From contig OZ243969.1 in NCBI GenBank assembly GCA_965214675.1, positions 258,482 to 322,481 on the forward strand: DNA of 64,000 nt. Direction: 5' to 3'. The stretch's first letter is position 1. Every line of letters starts with the position of its first letter. The notes beneath the pieces were generated by a model. That model was not told the DNA's origin and did no database searches. It worked only from the letters and a program-made list of their open reading frames with translations. Positions 44,283 to 55,987 of the stretch are shown piece after piece. This DNA is from Gammaproteobacteria bacterium (lineage in GTDB: Bacteria > Pseudomonadota > Gammaproteobacteria > UBA4575). The position numbers and the translations under genes were made by a program.

Positions 44283-45170
44283 ATGGGTATGCGCGTTTTA
44301 TTGTTTCTGGCTGCGAACTTTTCCGTCGTTTTCGTATTGAGCATCAGTGCCCGTGTGCTGGGGCTTGATTACTGGCTCGCACAACAGGGCATGGCCGGGC
44401 AGCTCAACGGCTTGCTCCTGATGGCCCTGGTGTTCGGGTTCGGAGGCTCTTTCATCTCCCTGGCAATCTCCAAATGGATGGCAAAACGCAGCATGGGGGT
44501 GCAGGTGATCGAAACACCCGCCAACGCTTCCGAGAAGTGGCTGGTTGAAATGGTTCAGGGGCAGGCCAGGCAGACCGGGATCGGAATGCCGGAAGTGGGC
44601 ATTTTCAATTCACCGCAAATGAATGCTTTTGCAACCGGCATGAACCGCAACAATGCACTGGTAGCGGTCAGTACGGGACTGCTGGAGACCATGAATCCAG
44701 ATGAGGTCGAAGCCGTTTTGGGCCACGAAGTCAGCCATGTCGCCAACGGGGACATGATTACCATGGGACTGTTGCAGGGCGTGCTCAATACCTTTGTGAT
44801 ATTTATCTCCCGCGTGATCGGCCTGCTGGTCGACAAGCTTGTGTTCAAGGTGCAGCGGGGTATTGGGCCCGGATATTTTATTGCCAGCATCATCGCGGAG
44901 ATCATTCTCGGAATACTGGCTGCGGTGATCGCAAGCTGGTATTCGAGGCGCAGGGAATTTCGAGCCGATGACGGAGGGGCCCGGCTGGCCGGTCGGGAAA
45001 AAATGATTTCGGCATTGCAGCGTCTGCAGGCGCAATACGAACCCGAGGACCTTCCGGGCCAACTGGCTGCCTTCGGCATCTCCAGTGGTGTCAAAAGTGG
45101 CTTGCAGAAACTGCTGATGTCACACCCACCGCTTCACGAAAGGATTGCCGCCTTGCGCAAGGCCGGGTGA
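44283..45170 (+). CDS. htpX: heat-shock membrane zinc protease HtpX
   Basis: Near full-length colinearity with E. coli HtpX, including HEVSHVANGD (HExxH). Confidence 0.95.
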   Translation: MGMRVLLFLAANFSVVFVLSISARVLGLDYWLAQQGMAGQLNGLLLMALVFGFGGSFISLAISKWMAKRSMGVQVIETPANASEKWLVEMVQGQARQTGIGMPEVGIFNSPQMNAFATGMNRNNALVAVSTGLLETMNPDEVEAVLGHEVSHVANGDMITMGLLQGVLNTFVIFISRVIGLLVDKLVFKVQRGIGPGYFIASIIAEIILGILAAVIASWYSRRREFRADDGGARLAGREKMISALQRLQAQYEPEDLPGQLAAFGISSGVKSGLQKLLMSHPPLHERIAALRKAG

Positions 45171-45183
45171 AGCGGCCTCTGGG

Positions 45184-46194
45184 CTATACGCGCACCGGAG
45201 TCTTGCCCGGCTCCCCGTACTCCTCGCGCACCAGCCTGGGAACCAGGTAGCCGGGCAGCCGGGCCGCCATTTCCTTGTGGATGCTGCGTGCCCTGGACTC
45301 CTCCACGTCAAAGTGTGAGGCATTTTTCACCTTGTCCATCAGATGCAGGTAGTAGGGCAGTACCGCAGCATCAAAGAGTTTCTCGCTCAGGGCGACCTGG
45401 ATGTCCGCATCGTCATTGATGTTTCTCAGCAGCACACTCTGGTTCAATACGCAGCACCGCGTAGCCGAGAGATCCCGAAGCTTGCATCGAAGCTCATGAT
45501 CGATTTCCTGCGGATGATTGATGTGCACCACCACCACGACACTCAGGGCACAGTTCTCCACCCAGTCCAGAAACCCTGCACTGATTCTGGCCGGGATCAC
45601 CACGGGCAGGCGTGTATGGATTCGCAGGCGTCGCACATGCGGGATCTGCTGAATTCGTCTGCCCAGAGTACCGAGTTCCTGGTCGCTCAGCACCAACGGG
45701 TCCCCGCCACTTAATATGACTTCCTCGATACTGGCATCACGGGCAATTTCGCCCAGTGCGCTGCGCCATGCATCCGTTCGCGGGTTTTGCGAGGAGTAGG
45801 GGAAATGGCGGCGGAAACAAAAGCGGCAGTGAACGGCGCAGCGGCTGGTGGCAAGCAGCAAGGCGCGTCCATGGTACTTTTGCAGCAAGCCCGGGCTCTT
45901 GATGCTTTTCAGGTCTCCGACGGGGTCTGCGACAAAGTCGATGGCCTCCTGGTCTTCGAAGGCGTGCGGCAGGACCTGCAGCAATAGCGGGTCCTGCGGG
46001 GTGGATTTTTGCATGCGTGCCACGTAACTTTTTGGTGCCCTCAGCGGGAATTGCCGAGCGGCTGCGTCACTGACCGGTAACTGCTCGGGGCGCAAATCCA
46101 GTGCCTCGCAAAGTGTTCCGATTTCGGTGATGGATTCCCTGTACTGCGCCTGCCAGGTGGTTTCGGGTGCCGGGTTGACTCGTGATAGACTCAT
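45184..46194 (-). CDS. epmB: EF-P beta-lysylation protein EpmB (lysine 2,3-aminomutase-like radical SAM)
   Basis: Radical-SAM CxxxCxxC in [15 protein letters not shown]. It is divergent from efp (40-bp gap). The ORF is open to 46512, but the family start aligns to ATG 46194. Confidence 0.88.
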   Translation of the reverse strand: MSLSRVNPAPETTWQAQYRESITEIGTLCEALDLRPEQLPVSDAAARQFPLRAPKSYVARMQKSTPQDPLLLQVLPHAFEDQEAIDFVADPVGDLKSIKSPGLLQKYHGRALLLATSRCAVHCRFCFRRHFPYSSQNPRTDAWRSALGEIARDASIEEVILSGGDPLVLSDQELGTLGRRIQQIPHVRRLRIHTRLPVVIPARISAGFLDWVENCALSVVVVVHINHPQEIDHELRCKLRDLSATRCCVLNQSVLLRNINDDADIQVALSEKLFDAAVLPYYLHLMDKVKNASHFDVEESRARSIHKEMAARLPGYLVPRLVREEYGEPGKTPVRV

Positions 46195-46233
46195 GCGTTT
46201 CGTAGCGTGCATCTTCTCAAAGGTGAATATTCC

Positions 46234-46803
46234 ATGGCGTCCTATAATACCAACGAATTCCGTGCTGGTCTGAAGCTGATCCTGGACGGCGACCCGTACT
46301 CGATCATTGATAACGAGTTTGTAAAACCTGGCAAGGGACAGGCATTCAACCGCGTCAAGCTGCGCAACCTGAAAACCGGTCGGGTGATCGATCGTACGTT
46401 TAAATCGGGTGAATCTGCCGAGGGTGCTGATGTGGTGGATACCGACATGCAGTACCTGTACAACGACGGCGAACAATGGCATTTCATGGAACCCAAGTCC
46501 TATGAACAGCATGCCGCAACCAGGGCGGTTGTCGGCGATGCAGCCCAGTGGCTGAAGGGCCAGGAGACCTGCTGCGTGACCCTGCTGGACGGCGTACCGC
46601 TGGCGGTGACCCCGCCGAATTTCGTTGAACTGCAGATCGCCAGGACGGATCCGGGCGTGCGCGGGGACACTGCCACAGGGGGCGTCAAGCCTGCCACCAT
46701 GGAAACGGGGGCGGTGGTCAAGGTGCCGCTGTTTGTCGAGGAAGGGGAAGTGCTGCGGATCGACACACGCACTGCCGAGTATGTATCCCGCGTGAAAGGA
46801 TGA
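46234..46803 (+). CDS. efp: elongation factor P
   Basis: [25 protein letters not shown]...KPGKGQAF contains the conserved Lys of the KPGKG loop that is the beta-lysylation target. Confidence 0.95.
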   Translation: MASYNTNEFRAGLKLILDGDPYSIIDNEFVKPGKGQAFNRVKLRNLKTGRVIDRTFKSGESAEGADVVDTDMQYLYNDGEQWHFMEPKSYEQHAATRAVVGDAAQWLKGQETCCVTLLDGVPLAVTPPNFVELQIARTDPGVRGDTATGGVKPATMETGAVVKVPLFVEEGEVLRIDTRTAEYVSRVKG

Positions 46804-46840
46804 TACAGGCTTCCGGCATCATCGCCTGCCTGTCAAACCC

Positions 46841-47818
46841 ATGGATGATATTACGCGCTCACTGAGTACCGCCCAGACCCACCAAGGCTCCCCCGGACTG
46901 GAACAGATTCGCCGGGCCCGGGCGCGCATGTATTCCGGGGCCCGCGAATACTTCCATGCACACGGTGTCCTGGAGGTTGAAACTCCGGTCATCAACCCGA
47001 CCACGGTGTCCGATCCACATATCGACAGCATCGCGGTGACCTGCAACGGTCAGCGGCAGTTTTTACACACCTCTGGCGAGTATGCGATGAAGGCCCTGCT
47101 GGCACACCTGAAGTGCGACATCTACCAGCTCTGCAAGGTGTTTCGTGACGGCGAATCCGGCAGGCTGCACCACAGTGAATTTACCATGCTGGAATGGTAT
47201 CGCGTGGGCTGGAACTACCTGGACCTCATGGCGGAGGTGGACGACCTAGTCCGAGTCCTGTTGCACGATACGTTCCGCCTGGAGGCGTCCGAGTATATTT
47301 CCTGCCAGGCACTCTTTCGACAGTATTGCGGCATAGACCCGTGGTCTTGCGCGGAAGAGGATTACCGGGATGCCTGTCGCAAGGCAGGCCTTACATTTAC
47401 CTCAAGGCTTCCGGTCGATGCGTACCAGAGCCTGTTGCTGGACCAGACAATGGCCACTCATCTGCCTGCGGACCGCATGATCTTTGTCCATGATTTCCCG
47501 CTGCAACAGGCCAGCCTGGCAAGAATCAACGACCAGGGAAAGGCCGAGCGTTTCGAGTTGTATGTGGCCGGGCTGGAGCTTGCCAACGGCTATCAGGAAC
47601 TGGTCGACGCCGGTGAACAGCGCCGGCGCATCGACTCCGACAACAACAAGCGCCAGGCACTCGGCAAGACGCCACAGGCGCCGGACGGTGCCTTGATCGC
47701 AGCCCTGGAGCGTGGATTACCGGAGTGCGCCGGTGTGGCGCTGGGCATGGACCGACTGCTGATGCTGGCCACCGGGGTGGATGACATCAGGAAGCTTCTG
47801 GAGTGCCCTACAGGCTGA
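46841..47818 (+). CDS. epmA: EF-P--(R)-beta-lysine ligase EpmA (PoxA/GenX)
   Basis: 325-aa truncated class II LysRS paralog with FTMLEWYR, ERFELYVAGLELANGYQEL and GVALGMDRL. Confidence 0.9.
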   Translation: MDDITRSLSTAQTHQGSPGLEQIRRARARMYSGAREYFHAHGVLEVETPVINPTTVSDPHIDSIAVTCNGQRQFLHTSGEYAMKALLAHLKCDIYQLCKVFRDGESGRLHHSEFTMLEWYRVGWNYLDLMAEVDDLVRVLLHDTFRLEASEYISCQALFRQYCGIDPWSCAEEDYRDACRKAGLTFTSRLPVDAYQSLLLDQTMATHLPADRMIFVHDFPLQQASLARINDQGKAERFELYVAGLELANGYQELVDAGEQRRRIDSDNNKRQALGKTPQAPDGALIAALERGLPECAGVALGMDRLLMLATGVDDIRKLLECPTG

Positions 47819-48668
47819 CATCGCCTCGGCCGAGGGCCTGACCCATCACCACGGGTCGCTGCAGGCGAAGTCCGGAGTTCCATTCGACAGACCGGGATTC
47901 GAAGAGCACGATGGCAGTGGAACCCATGTGGAATATTCCCAGTTCGTCGCCTTTTTCCAGTTTCACGCCCGGATACTTTTTTCTTTGAACGGTCTTGCGC
48001 CTTGACGGTGTGACCATGCCTTCCCAGGCCATTTCAATGGCCGCAACATTCACAGCCCCCACCATGACGACCGCCATCCAGCCCAGCCGGGTTTCAAAGA
48101 TCGAGATTACGCGCTCATTGCGGGTATACAGGCCCTCGATGACTTCCGCAGCGTAAGGGGCGACACTGAACAGTCTCCCGGGCACATGGATCATTTCCAC
48201 CAGGGTGCCGTCCAGGGGCATGTGTACACGATGATAATTTTTGGGTGACAGGTAAATGGTTGCGAATTTCCCGCGCTCACACAAACGCCCGTACTCGAGT
48301 GCACCGCCCAGCAGTTCGCGCACGGAAAACCAGCGCCCCTTGGCTTGAATGGCGCGGTGACTGGCATACTCGGAAATCTGGCTGATACGCCCGTCTGCCG
48401 GGCTGACAATGACATTCGCCCCTGCAGCAATCGGCCGGGCCCCAGGGACCAGCCGGCGGGTAAAAAACTCATCGAAGTTCGCATAGTCCTCGGGTTCGCT
48501 GAAGCTGGCCTCGCGCATGTCGACGTCAAAGGCACGTATGAACAGGCGGATGGCCGGGTTTTTCAAGAACGTATTCTGACGGCTCGCCCAGTAGGTCATC
48601 CGCGATACCAGGTGATGGGGAAACAGGCAGAACAAAATCCCTTTGCAATGTTTCCATAAGGTGTTCAT
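47808..48668 (-). CDS. psd: phosphatidylserine decarboxylase proenzyme
   Basis: 286 aa with the LGST-type self-cleavage motif (FHMGSTAIV) near the C-terminus; the N-terminus resembles E. coli Psd. Confidence 0.9.
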   Translation of the reverse strand: MNTLWKHCKGILFCLFPHHLVSRMTYWASRQNTFLKNPAIRLFIRAFDVDMREASFSEPEDYANFDEFFTRRLVPGARPIAAGANVIVSPADGRISQISEYASHRAIQAKGRWFSVRELLGGALEYGRLCERGKFATIYLSPKNYHRVHMPLDGTLVEMIHVPGRLFSVAPYAAEVIEGLYTRNERVISIFETRLGWMAVVMVGAVNVAAIEMAWEGMVTPSRRKTVQRKKYPGVKLEKGDELGIFHMGSTAIVLFESRSVEWNSGLRLQRPVVMGQALGRGDVSL

Positions 48669-48893
48669 CAGCTTCCCTGTTGAGTGTTGCCGTTAGTCTT
48701 CATTGACCCGAAACCATCATGACCCGGTGTTGATACGCTGTGCCGACGGGTCTGTACATTCTTGCGGGGCACCCTCATAAAACGTGGCCACCCGGAGGTG
48801 CAGAGTCGTCCTGGCTTGCACGCATCACAGGCACGGAATACACCACTCCCGAGGTCCGGGTCAAGGATTCCGTCCAACCGGTCGAGCCTGAAA

Positions 48894-49088
48894 TCATGCA
48901 ACTCCGGAGTATTCAGGGGATATCGTCTTCTGTTTTTGCATCAGGGTGGTCTTTGGTTGCGCATCCAGGGTAGTGATGCTTTTCGGGCCGATGCGGCCTG
49001 CATCATCGTTCGTATACATGCAGTAGGAAAGGGTCAGGCAAACAGAGAAGCCAGCGACCACGAGCAGACTGTAAAGGTCGCGTCGCAT
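48894..49088 (-). CDS. hypothetical small secreted/lipoprotein-like protein (64 aa)
   Basis: The N-terminus MRRDLYSLLVVAGFSVCLTLSYC looks like a signal peptide with Cys residues. It is the only ORF in the 538-bp psd/aroC gap. There is a weak GAGG about 11 nt upstream and no family recognised. Confidence 0.3.
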   Translation of the reverse strand: MRRDLYSLLVVAGFSVCLTLSYCMYTNDDAGRIGPKSITTLDAQPKTTLMQKQKTISPEYSGVA

Positions 49089-49205
49089 CGATTTGTGAAC
49101 CTCGGAGTGTTTTGAATCTCAGTCTATTTTGCAACAGTGTATAGCCTTTTGTGAATGGACAGGCAGTGCAGACAGTTCCTTTACCGGAGATGATATGATT
49201 TGCGC

Positions 49206-50306
49206 ATGCCCGGTAATACCTATGGAAAATTATTTACGGTCACCTCATTTGGCGAGAGTCATGGCAGTGCGATCGGCTGCATCGTGGACGGCTGTCCTCC
49301 GGGACTGGAGCTGGCTGCTTCCGATTTGCAGCTTGAGCTTGAGCGCCGCCGCCCGGGCAAAACACGCCATACCTCGCAGCGACGCGAACCGGACGAGGTC
49401 GAAATCCTGTCCGGTACCTTCGAGGGCAAGACCACAGGTTCACCGATTGGCCTGATCATCTACAACCAGGATGCCCGTTCCAAGGACTACAGCAACATCA
49501 AGGACAAGTTTCGTCCTGGTCATGCGGACTACACTTACCTGAAAAAGTACGGCTTGCGAGACTACCGTGGCGGCGGTCGTTCTTCGGCGCGCGAAACCGC
49601 CATGCGCGTTGCCGCCGGGGCGATCGCAAAAAAATACCTGAAGCGGGTCGGCGGGATTTCCATTCGCGGCTGTCTCTCACAACTGGGTTCAATTGAAATT
49701 GAGCACAGGGACTGGGATGCCGTGGAGTCCAATCCCTTCTTTTGCCCGGATGCGGACAAGGTTGGTGAGCTTGAGCAGTACATGGATGCGCTTCGCAAAC
49801 AGGGGGACTCGACCGGGGCCCGTGTCATGGTTGTGGCAAGCGGCATGCCGACAGGACTGGGAGAGCCGGTGTTTGATCGCCTGGATGCCGATATCGCACA
49901 TGCCATGATGAGCATCAATGCAGTTAAAGGGGTTGAAATCGGAGCAGGCTTTGGCTGCGTGGCGCAGATGGGCAGCGAGCATCGTGATGAGATCACCCCG
50001 CAGGGGTTTCTCTCCAATGACGCTGGCGGGGTCCTCGGCGGCATCTCTACCGGGCAGGATCTTCGGGTCAGCGTTGCCTTCAAGCCGACCTCGAGCATTC
50101 GCATCCCCGGAAAGACGGTGGACGTGCAGGGCCAGCCCACAGAAATCGTGACCACCGGACGCCATGACCCCTGCGTGGGTATACGCGGTGTACCGATTGC
50201 AGAGGCGATGCTCGCGCTCGTCGTGATGGATCACGTCCTTCGCCATCGTGCCCAAAACGCGGATGTGGACTGTGCCACGCCGGATATTCCAGCGTCGCCG
50301 TCCTGA
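49206..50306 (+). CDS. aroC: chorismate synthase
   Basis: [35 protein letters not shown]-terminus. The start could alternatively be TTG 49200. Confidence 0.95.
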   Translation: MPGNTYGKLFTVTSFGESHGSAIGCIVDGCPPGLELAASDLQLELERRRPGKTRHTSQRREPDEVEILSGTFEGKTTGSPIGLIIYNQDARSKDYSNIKDKFRPGHADYTYLKKYGLRDYRGGGRSSARETAMRVAAGAIAKKYLKRVGGISIRGCLSQLGSIEIEHRDWDAVESNPFFCPDADKVGELEQYMDALRKQGDSTGARVMVVASGMPTGLGEPVFDRLDADIAHAMMSINAVKGVEIGAGFGCVAQMGSEHRDEITPQGFLSNDAGGVLGGISTGQDLRVSVAFKPTSSIRIPGKTVDVQGQPTEIVTTGRHDPCVGIRGVPIAEAMLALVVMDHVLRHRAQNADVDCATPDIPASPS

Positions 50307-50353
50307 GCATCCGGCTCGCTCCTGAACCTGCGGCTTCTTGATCTAGCACGGCA

Positions 50354-51520
50354 ATGCTGTCCGGCAACAACCAGTCTGCGGGGCGTGGCAGGCACGCCAC
50401 GGTATATTTTTTCTACTATGCCACGCTCGGAGCACTGCTTCCGTACTGGAGCCTGTATCTGCAGCACCTCGAATTTGATGCAAGCCAGATCGGCGAGCTC
50501 TCGGCCGTACTCCTCGTGACCAAGATTATTGCCCCGACAGTATGGGCGTACGTCGCAGACCATTCCGGTCAACGGATGCGGGTGACCCGCATTGCCGTTT
50601 TCGCGGGCATGTGTATATTTGCCCTGGTCCTGCCGGCACGCGAGTACTGGACATTGCTGCTGGTACTGGCCTGTTTCGGATTTTTCTGGAATGCGGCCTT
50701 GCCCCAGTTCGAAGCCTCCACCATGAATTATCTGGGCGGGAACCGGTATCTCTACGGGCGTGTGCGATTGTGGGGCTCGATTGGATTTGTCATCACTGTC
50801 CTGGCGCTCGCCCCGTTGCTGCAGGGGCAGGGTATCCGGTATTTACCCTGGGTCGTGCTGGTGATTTTGTCGGGTATCTGGCTGAGCAGCCTACGGGTGC
50901 AGGATCCTCCAGGGCGAGGCAGCGCCGGCAAGCATGCTTCATTGCTGGCCACGTGCCTGCGCCCGTCGGTCATCGCCCTGCTGCTCGCAGCGTTCCTGAT
51001 ACAGATGAGCCACGGCGCCTACTATACGTTCTTCAGTATCTACCTGGAGGAGCATGGCTATTCACGAACCGAGGTCGGTCAGCTGTGGGTCCTGGGTGTG
51101 CTCGCCGAGATCGTGCTGTTTCTCGTGGTATACAGGCTTTTGTCCCGGTTCGGTGCCCGGCGCCTGCTCGGCATGGCCATGTTGCTGACGGCGTTCCGGT
51201 GGTGGCTGATTGCCATGTATGCCGCAAATTTACCCGTGTTGCTGGTGGCACAGTTGCTGCATGCAGCTTCCTATGGACTGTTTCACGCATCTGCAATCTG
51301 CATGGTGGACAAATACTTTTCAGGCGCGCTGCAAGGCCGTGGAATGGCGATTTACTCGAGTATCAGCTTCGGTCTTGGAGCCTCGCTAGGCAGCCTTGTG
51401 AGCGGGTATACTTGGAACGCGGTTGGGGCATCCGGGGTCTATCTGCTTGCAATGGGTATTGCGGCCATTGCTTTACTTCAGTACCTATGGCTCGGCAGAC
51501 CCCGGTGGATCCGCGCCTGA
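50354..51520 (+). CDS. MFS transporter (PPP/HcaT-like family)
   Basis: 388 aa with about 12 predicted TM segments and an N-terminal YFFYYATLGALLPYWSLYLQ. An alternative-frame ORF at 50542-51561 is Arg/Pro-rich and was rejected. Confidence 0.75.
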   Translation: MLSGNNQSAGRGRHATVYFFYYATLGALLPYWSLYLQHLEFDASQIGELSAVLLVTKIIAPTVWAYVADHSGQRMRVTRIAVFAGMCIFALVLPAREYWTLLLVLACFGFFWNAALPQFEASTMNYLGGNRYLYGRVRLWGSIGFVITVLALAPLLQGQGIRYLPWVVLVILSGIWLSSLRVQDPPGRGSAGKHASLLATCLRPSVIALLLAAFLIQMSHGAYYTFFSIYLEEHGYSRTEVGQLWVLGVLAEIVLFLVVYRLLSRFGARRLLGMAMLLTAFRWWLIAMYAANLPVLLVAQLLHAASYGLFHASAICMVDKYFSGALQGRGMAIYSSISFGLGASLGSLVSGYTWNAVGASGVYLLAMGIAAIALLQYLWLGRPRWIRA

Positions 51521-51529
51521 GCGAACAGG

Positions 51530-52927
51530 ATGACAATGATGGAACACCACACCTTGTATGACAAAATCTGGAACAGCCACGTCGTGTTTAAGCGCGATGA
51601 TGGCATGACGTTGCTTTATATTGACCGGCACCTGGTGCATGAAGTGACTTCCCCGCAAGCCTTCGAGGGCCTGCGGCTGGCCTCCCGGGCGCCCTGGCGC
51701 AAGGAATCCATGCTGGCCACCGCAGATCACAATGTTCCAACGACGGATCGAAGCAGGGGCATTGAGGACCCGGTTTCCAGGCGCCAGGTTGAAACACTGG
51801 ATGAGAACTGCAGGCGTTATTCCATCACGCAGTTTCCGATGCTGGACACGCGCCAGGGCATCGTGCATGTCATCGGTCCCGAACAGGGGGCCTCGCTGCC
51901 GGGCATGACCATTGTCTGTGGCGACTCGCACACCTCGACCCATGGGGCCCTGGGTGCACTGGCATTCGGTATTGGCACCTCCGAGGTGGAGCACGTGATG
52001 GCGACGCAATGCCTGTTGCTGAAGAAGTCCAGGAACATGCGAATCCAGGTGGATGGCCAGCTGCCTCCCGGGGTGAGCTCCAAGGACATTATCCTGGCGG
52101 TCATCGGCAAGCTTGGAACGGCAGGTGCGACCGGGTACACAGCCGAATATACAGGGACGGGTATTCGCGCGCTGTCGGTCGAAGGACGTATGACGATGTG
52201 CAACATGTCCATCGAAGCCGGCGCACGTGCCGGCATGGTTGCCATTGATGACACCACTCTTGAATATGTAGCGGGCCGCCCCTTTGCCCCGCAAGGAGCG
52301 CAGTGGGACAGGGCCGTGGAGTACTGGCGAACGCTCAACAGCGATGCCGGTGCAACGTTCGATGCCGAGGTGCAGCTCAATGCCAGCGACCTCAAGCCGC
52401 AGGTCACCTGGGGCACATCCCCGGAGATGGTCACGGATATCGATGGCATCGTCCCGCAGGAGGGTAGTGCGGATTGCCGGCATGCCCTGGAGTACATGGG
52501 CTTGCAGCCCGGGACCCCGATCGAAGCCATCGAGATCGACAAGGTGTTCATCGGGTCATGCACCAATTCGCGCATCGAGGACCTGCGTGAGGCCGCGGGC
52601 CTGATCAGGGACCGCACGGTAGCAGCCAATATCAAGCAGGCCATGGTCGTCCCAGGCTCTGGCCTGGTGAAGCGCCAGGCCGAGGAGGAGGGCCTGGACA
52701 GGATCTTCAAGTCGGCCGGGTTCGAATGGCGAGAGCCGGGCTGTTCAATGTGCCTGGGCATGAATGCGGATCAGCTGGAGGCCGGAGAGCGCTGTGCGTC
52801 CACCTCCAACCGAAATTTCGAGGGGCGCCAGGGCAAGGGCGGGCGCACTCACCTGGTGAGTCCGGTGATGGCCGTGGGGGCCGCGCTGCATGGGCATTTT
52901 GTGGATGTAAGGAAGTGGATGTCATGA
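51530..52927 (+). CDS. leuC: 3-isopropylmalate dehydratase large subunit
   Basis: 465 aa; aconitase-family Fe-S cysteines ([15 protein letters not shown]). Confidence 0.95.
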   Translation: MTMMEHHTLYDKIWNSHVVFKRDDGMTLLYIDRHLVHEVTSPQAFEGLRLASRAPWRKESMLATADHNVPTTDRSRGIEDPVSRRQVETLDENCRRYSITQFPMLDTRQGIVHVIGPEQGASLPGMTIVCGDSHTSTHGALGALAFGIGTSEVEHVMATQCLLLKKSRNMRIQVDGQLPPGVSSKDIILAVIGKLGTAGATGYTAEYTGTGIRALSVEGRMTMCNMSIEAGARAGMVAIDDTTLEYVAGRPFAPQGAQWDRAVEYWRTLNSDAGATFDAEVQLNASDLKPQVTWGTSPEMVTDIDGIVPQEGSADCRHALEYMGLQPGTPIEAIEIDKVFIGSCTNSRIEDLREAAGLIRDRTVAANIKQAMVVPGSGLVKRQAEEEGLDRIFKSAGFEWREPGCSMCLGMNADQLEAGERCASTSNRNFEGRQGKGGRTHLVSPVMAVGAALHGHFVDVRKWMS

Positions 52928-53562
52928 GACCGTTTACCCGCATTGAGACCACGTTCGCGCCCCTTGACCGCAGCAATGTGGACACGGACGCCATCATCCC
53001 GCAGCAGTACCTGAAGTCGGTCAAGCGCACAGGCTTTGGCATTTACCTGTTTGACAACTGGCGTTACCTGGATCCCGGCTCACTGGAGCACGACGCTGTC
53101 GAGCGGCGCTCGAACCCGGAGTTTGTGCTCAACAAGGAAGCCTATGTGGGTGCCGAGGTGTTGCTGGTGCGGGACAACTTTGGCTGCGGCTCCTCACGTG
53201 AGCACGCGGTGTGGTCCCTTCTGGATTACGGCTTCAGGGTGGTGATTGCCTCGAGCTTTGCCGATATATTCTGCAGCAACAGTTACAAAAACGGCCTGCT
53301 GCCCATTACACTGCACGCATCACAAGTGGACTACCTGTTTGAGCGGGTCGCCCGGGATTCGACATTCACCTGCATGGTAGATCTCGAGCGGCAGGTCGTG
53401 CAGGATCAGGATGGCCGGAAATTTACCTTTGAGGTCAACGAGTTCCACAAGCACTGTCTGTTGAACGGTTACGATGAAATTGATCTGACCCTTCAGCATG
53501 CAGACAAGATCAGCGCCTACGAGGGCCGGATGAAACAAGCCTGCCCCTGGCTGTTTAACTGA
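52924..53562 (+). CDS. leuD: 3-isopropylmalate dehydratase small subunit
   Basis: [32 protein letters not shown]-terminus with an ATGA overlap with leuC. The ORF is open from 52726. Confidence 0.93.
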   Translation: MRPFTRIETTFAPLDRSNVDTDAIIPQQYLKSVKRTGFGIYLFDNWRYLDPGSLEHDAVERRSNPEFVLNKEAYVGAEVLLVRDNFGCGSSREHAVWSLLDYGFRVVIASSFADIFCSNSYKNGLLPITLHASQVDYLFERVARDSTFTCMVDLERQVVQDQDGRKFTFEVNEFHKHCLLNGYDEIDLTLQHADKISAYEGRMKQACPWLFN

Positions 53563-53590
53563 CATTTTTACCACCGGGTTCTAGTTTCTC

Positions 53591-54679
53591 ATGTACAAGG
53601 TTTTGTTATTGCCAGGGGATGGCATTGGCCCGGAAGTCATTGCGCAGGCCCGCAAGGTGCTCGCCTTCCTCGCAGACGACTGTGGTCTTGGCGTTGAAGT
53701 CGAGGAAGCGCTGATCGGCGGCAGTGCCTACGAGCAGTGTGCCGACCCCCTGCCGGAAGAGACCCTGGGACGTGCCCGTGTGGCGGATGCCGTGCTCCTT
53801 GGTGCCGTGGGTGGGCCCCGGTTCGATCATATCGAGCGTGAGCTGCGCCCGGAGAAGGGCTTGCTGCGACTGCGCTCGGCACTGGGCCTGTTTGCGAATC
53901 TTCGCCCTGCAATCCTCTACCCGGACCTCGCCGGTGCGTCTTCACTGAAAGCGGAACGGGTCACCGGTCTGGACATCATGATCGTCCGTGAACTGACCGG
54001 TGGGCTTTATTTCGGGGAGCCACGGGGAATCCATCGTCTCGAGGGAGATATCCGCAAGGGAGTGAATACGCTGGAGTACGATGAAAGTGAAATAGAACGC
54101 ATCGCCCATGTGGCCTTTCGGATTGCGCAGTACAGGGACAAGCGACTTTGCTCGGTGGACAAGGCCAATGTGCTCGAGGTTTCCGAGTTGTGGCGCGAGG
54201 TTGTTGAACGGGTACACCTTGAATATCCCGAGGTTTCCCTGAGCCATATGTATGTCGACAACGCGGCCATGCAGCTCGTTCGCGAACCCAACCAGTTTGA
54301 TGTCGTGCTGACGGAGAACATGTTCGGCGATATCCTTTCTGACATTGCAGCGATGCTCACGGGATCCATCGGCATGCTGCCGTCGGCTTCACTGAACGAG
54401 GAGAATCGGGGCCTGTATGAGCCCGTGCATGGTTCGGCACCGGATATCGCCGGCAAGGATGAGGCCAACCCGCTGGCGGCTATTCTTTCGGTGGCGATGA
54501 TGCTGCGCTACAGCCTGGATGCGCCGCAGCTGGCGGATCGGGTCGATCAGGCGGTACAGCAGGTGATTTCACAGGGACTTCGAACGCCGGATATTGTATA
54601 TTCCGCGCGGCAGTGCATCGGTACGCAGGAGATGGGTGATTCTGTGGTCCGTGCGCTTTCAGAACAATCTTTAGATTAG
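53591..54679 (+). CDS. leuB: 3-isopropylmalate dehydrogenase
   Basis: 362 aa; N-terminus [11 protein letters not shown]; signature NMFGDILSD. Confidence 0.95.
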   Translation: MYKVLLLPGDGIGPEVIAQARKVLAFLADDCGLGVEVEEALIGGSAYEQCADPLPEETLGRARVADAVLLGAVGGPRFDHIERELRPEKGLLRLRSALGLFANLRPAILYPDLAGASSLKAERVTGLDIMIVRELTGGLYFGEPRGIHRLEGDIRKGVNTLEYDESEIERIAHVAFRIAQYRDKRLCSVDKANVLEVSELWREVVERVHLEYPEVSLSHMYVDNAAMQLVREPNQFDVVLTENMFGDILSDIAAMLTGSIGMLPSASLNEENRGLYEPVHGSAPDIAGKDEANPLAAILSVAMMLRYSLDAPQLADRVDQAVQQVISQGLRTPDIVYSARQCIGTQEMGDSVVRALSEQSLD

Positions 54680-54691
54680 CAGATACGACCA

Positions 54692-55711
<1,020 letters not shown>

Positions 55712-55987
55712 CAGCTGCAGAGATCCCCCGCACTACCGGTCCGGCTCTGCACCTGCAGCCGGGCATTTCAAGCCCAGCCATTGCTGGCAATCACTGGCTC
55801 TCCCTGCACTGTGCAAGCGTGCGCCGCAAGGGCCAGGTTGTTGACCGGGCACTCGCTCCCACGACAGGCGAAATCGGGGACGGGTATACTTGGATGGCCT
55901 TGTACGGTATTCACCGGTGGCTGCTCGTTCTCTTCGATTGCTGCCGGTGGGTCAGGGTGACTCCATAAGACCATTAGCGAGAGGTAT

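Noticed and set aside
48669-49205. Possible tRNA or known structured RNA in the large psd-aroC gap
   Set aside because: I found no GTTCGAATC-like T-loop or cloverleaf-compatible arms by eye. I did not recognise 4.5S, tmRNA or RNase P consensus segments here. The region is kept only as an unexplained-gap finding.
50542-51561. 339-aa + strand ORF overlapping the MFS transporter in another frame
   Set aside because: It is Arg/Pro/Gly-rich with no TM pattern. The overlapping frame (50354-51520) encodes a coherent 12-TM MFS protein.
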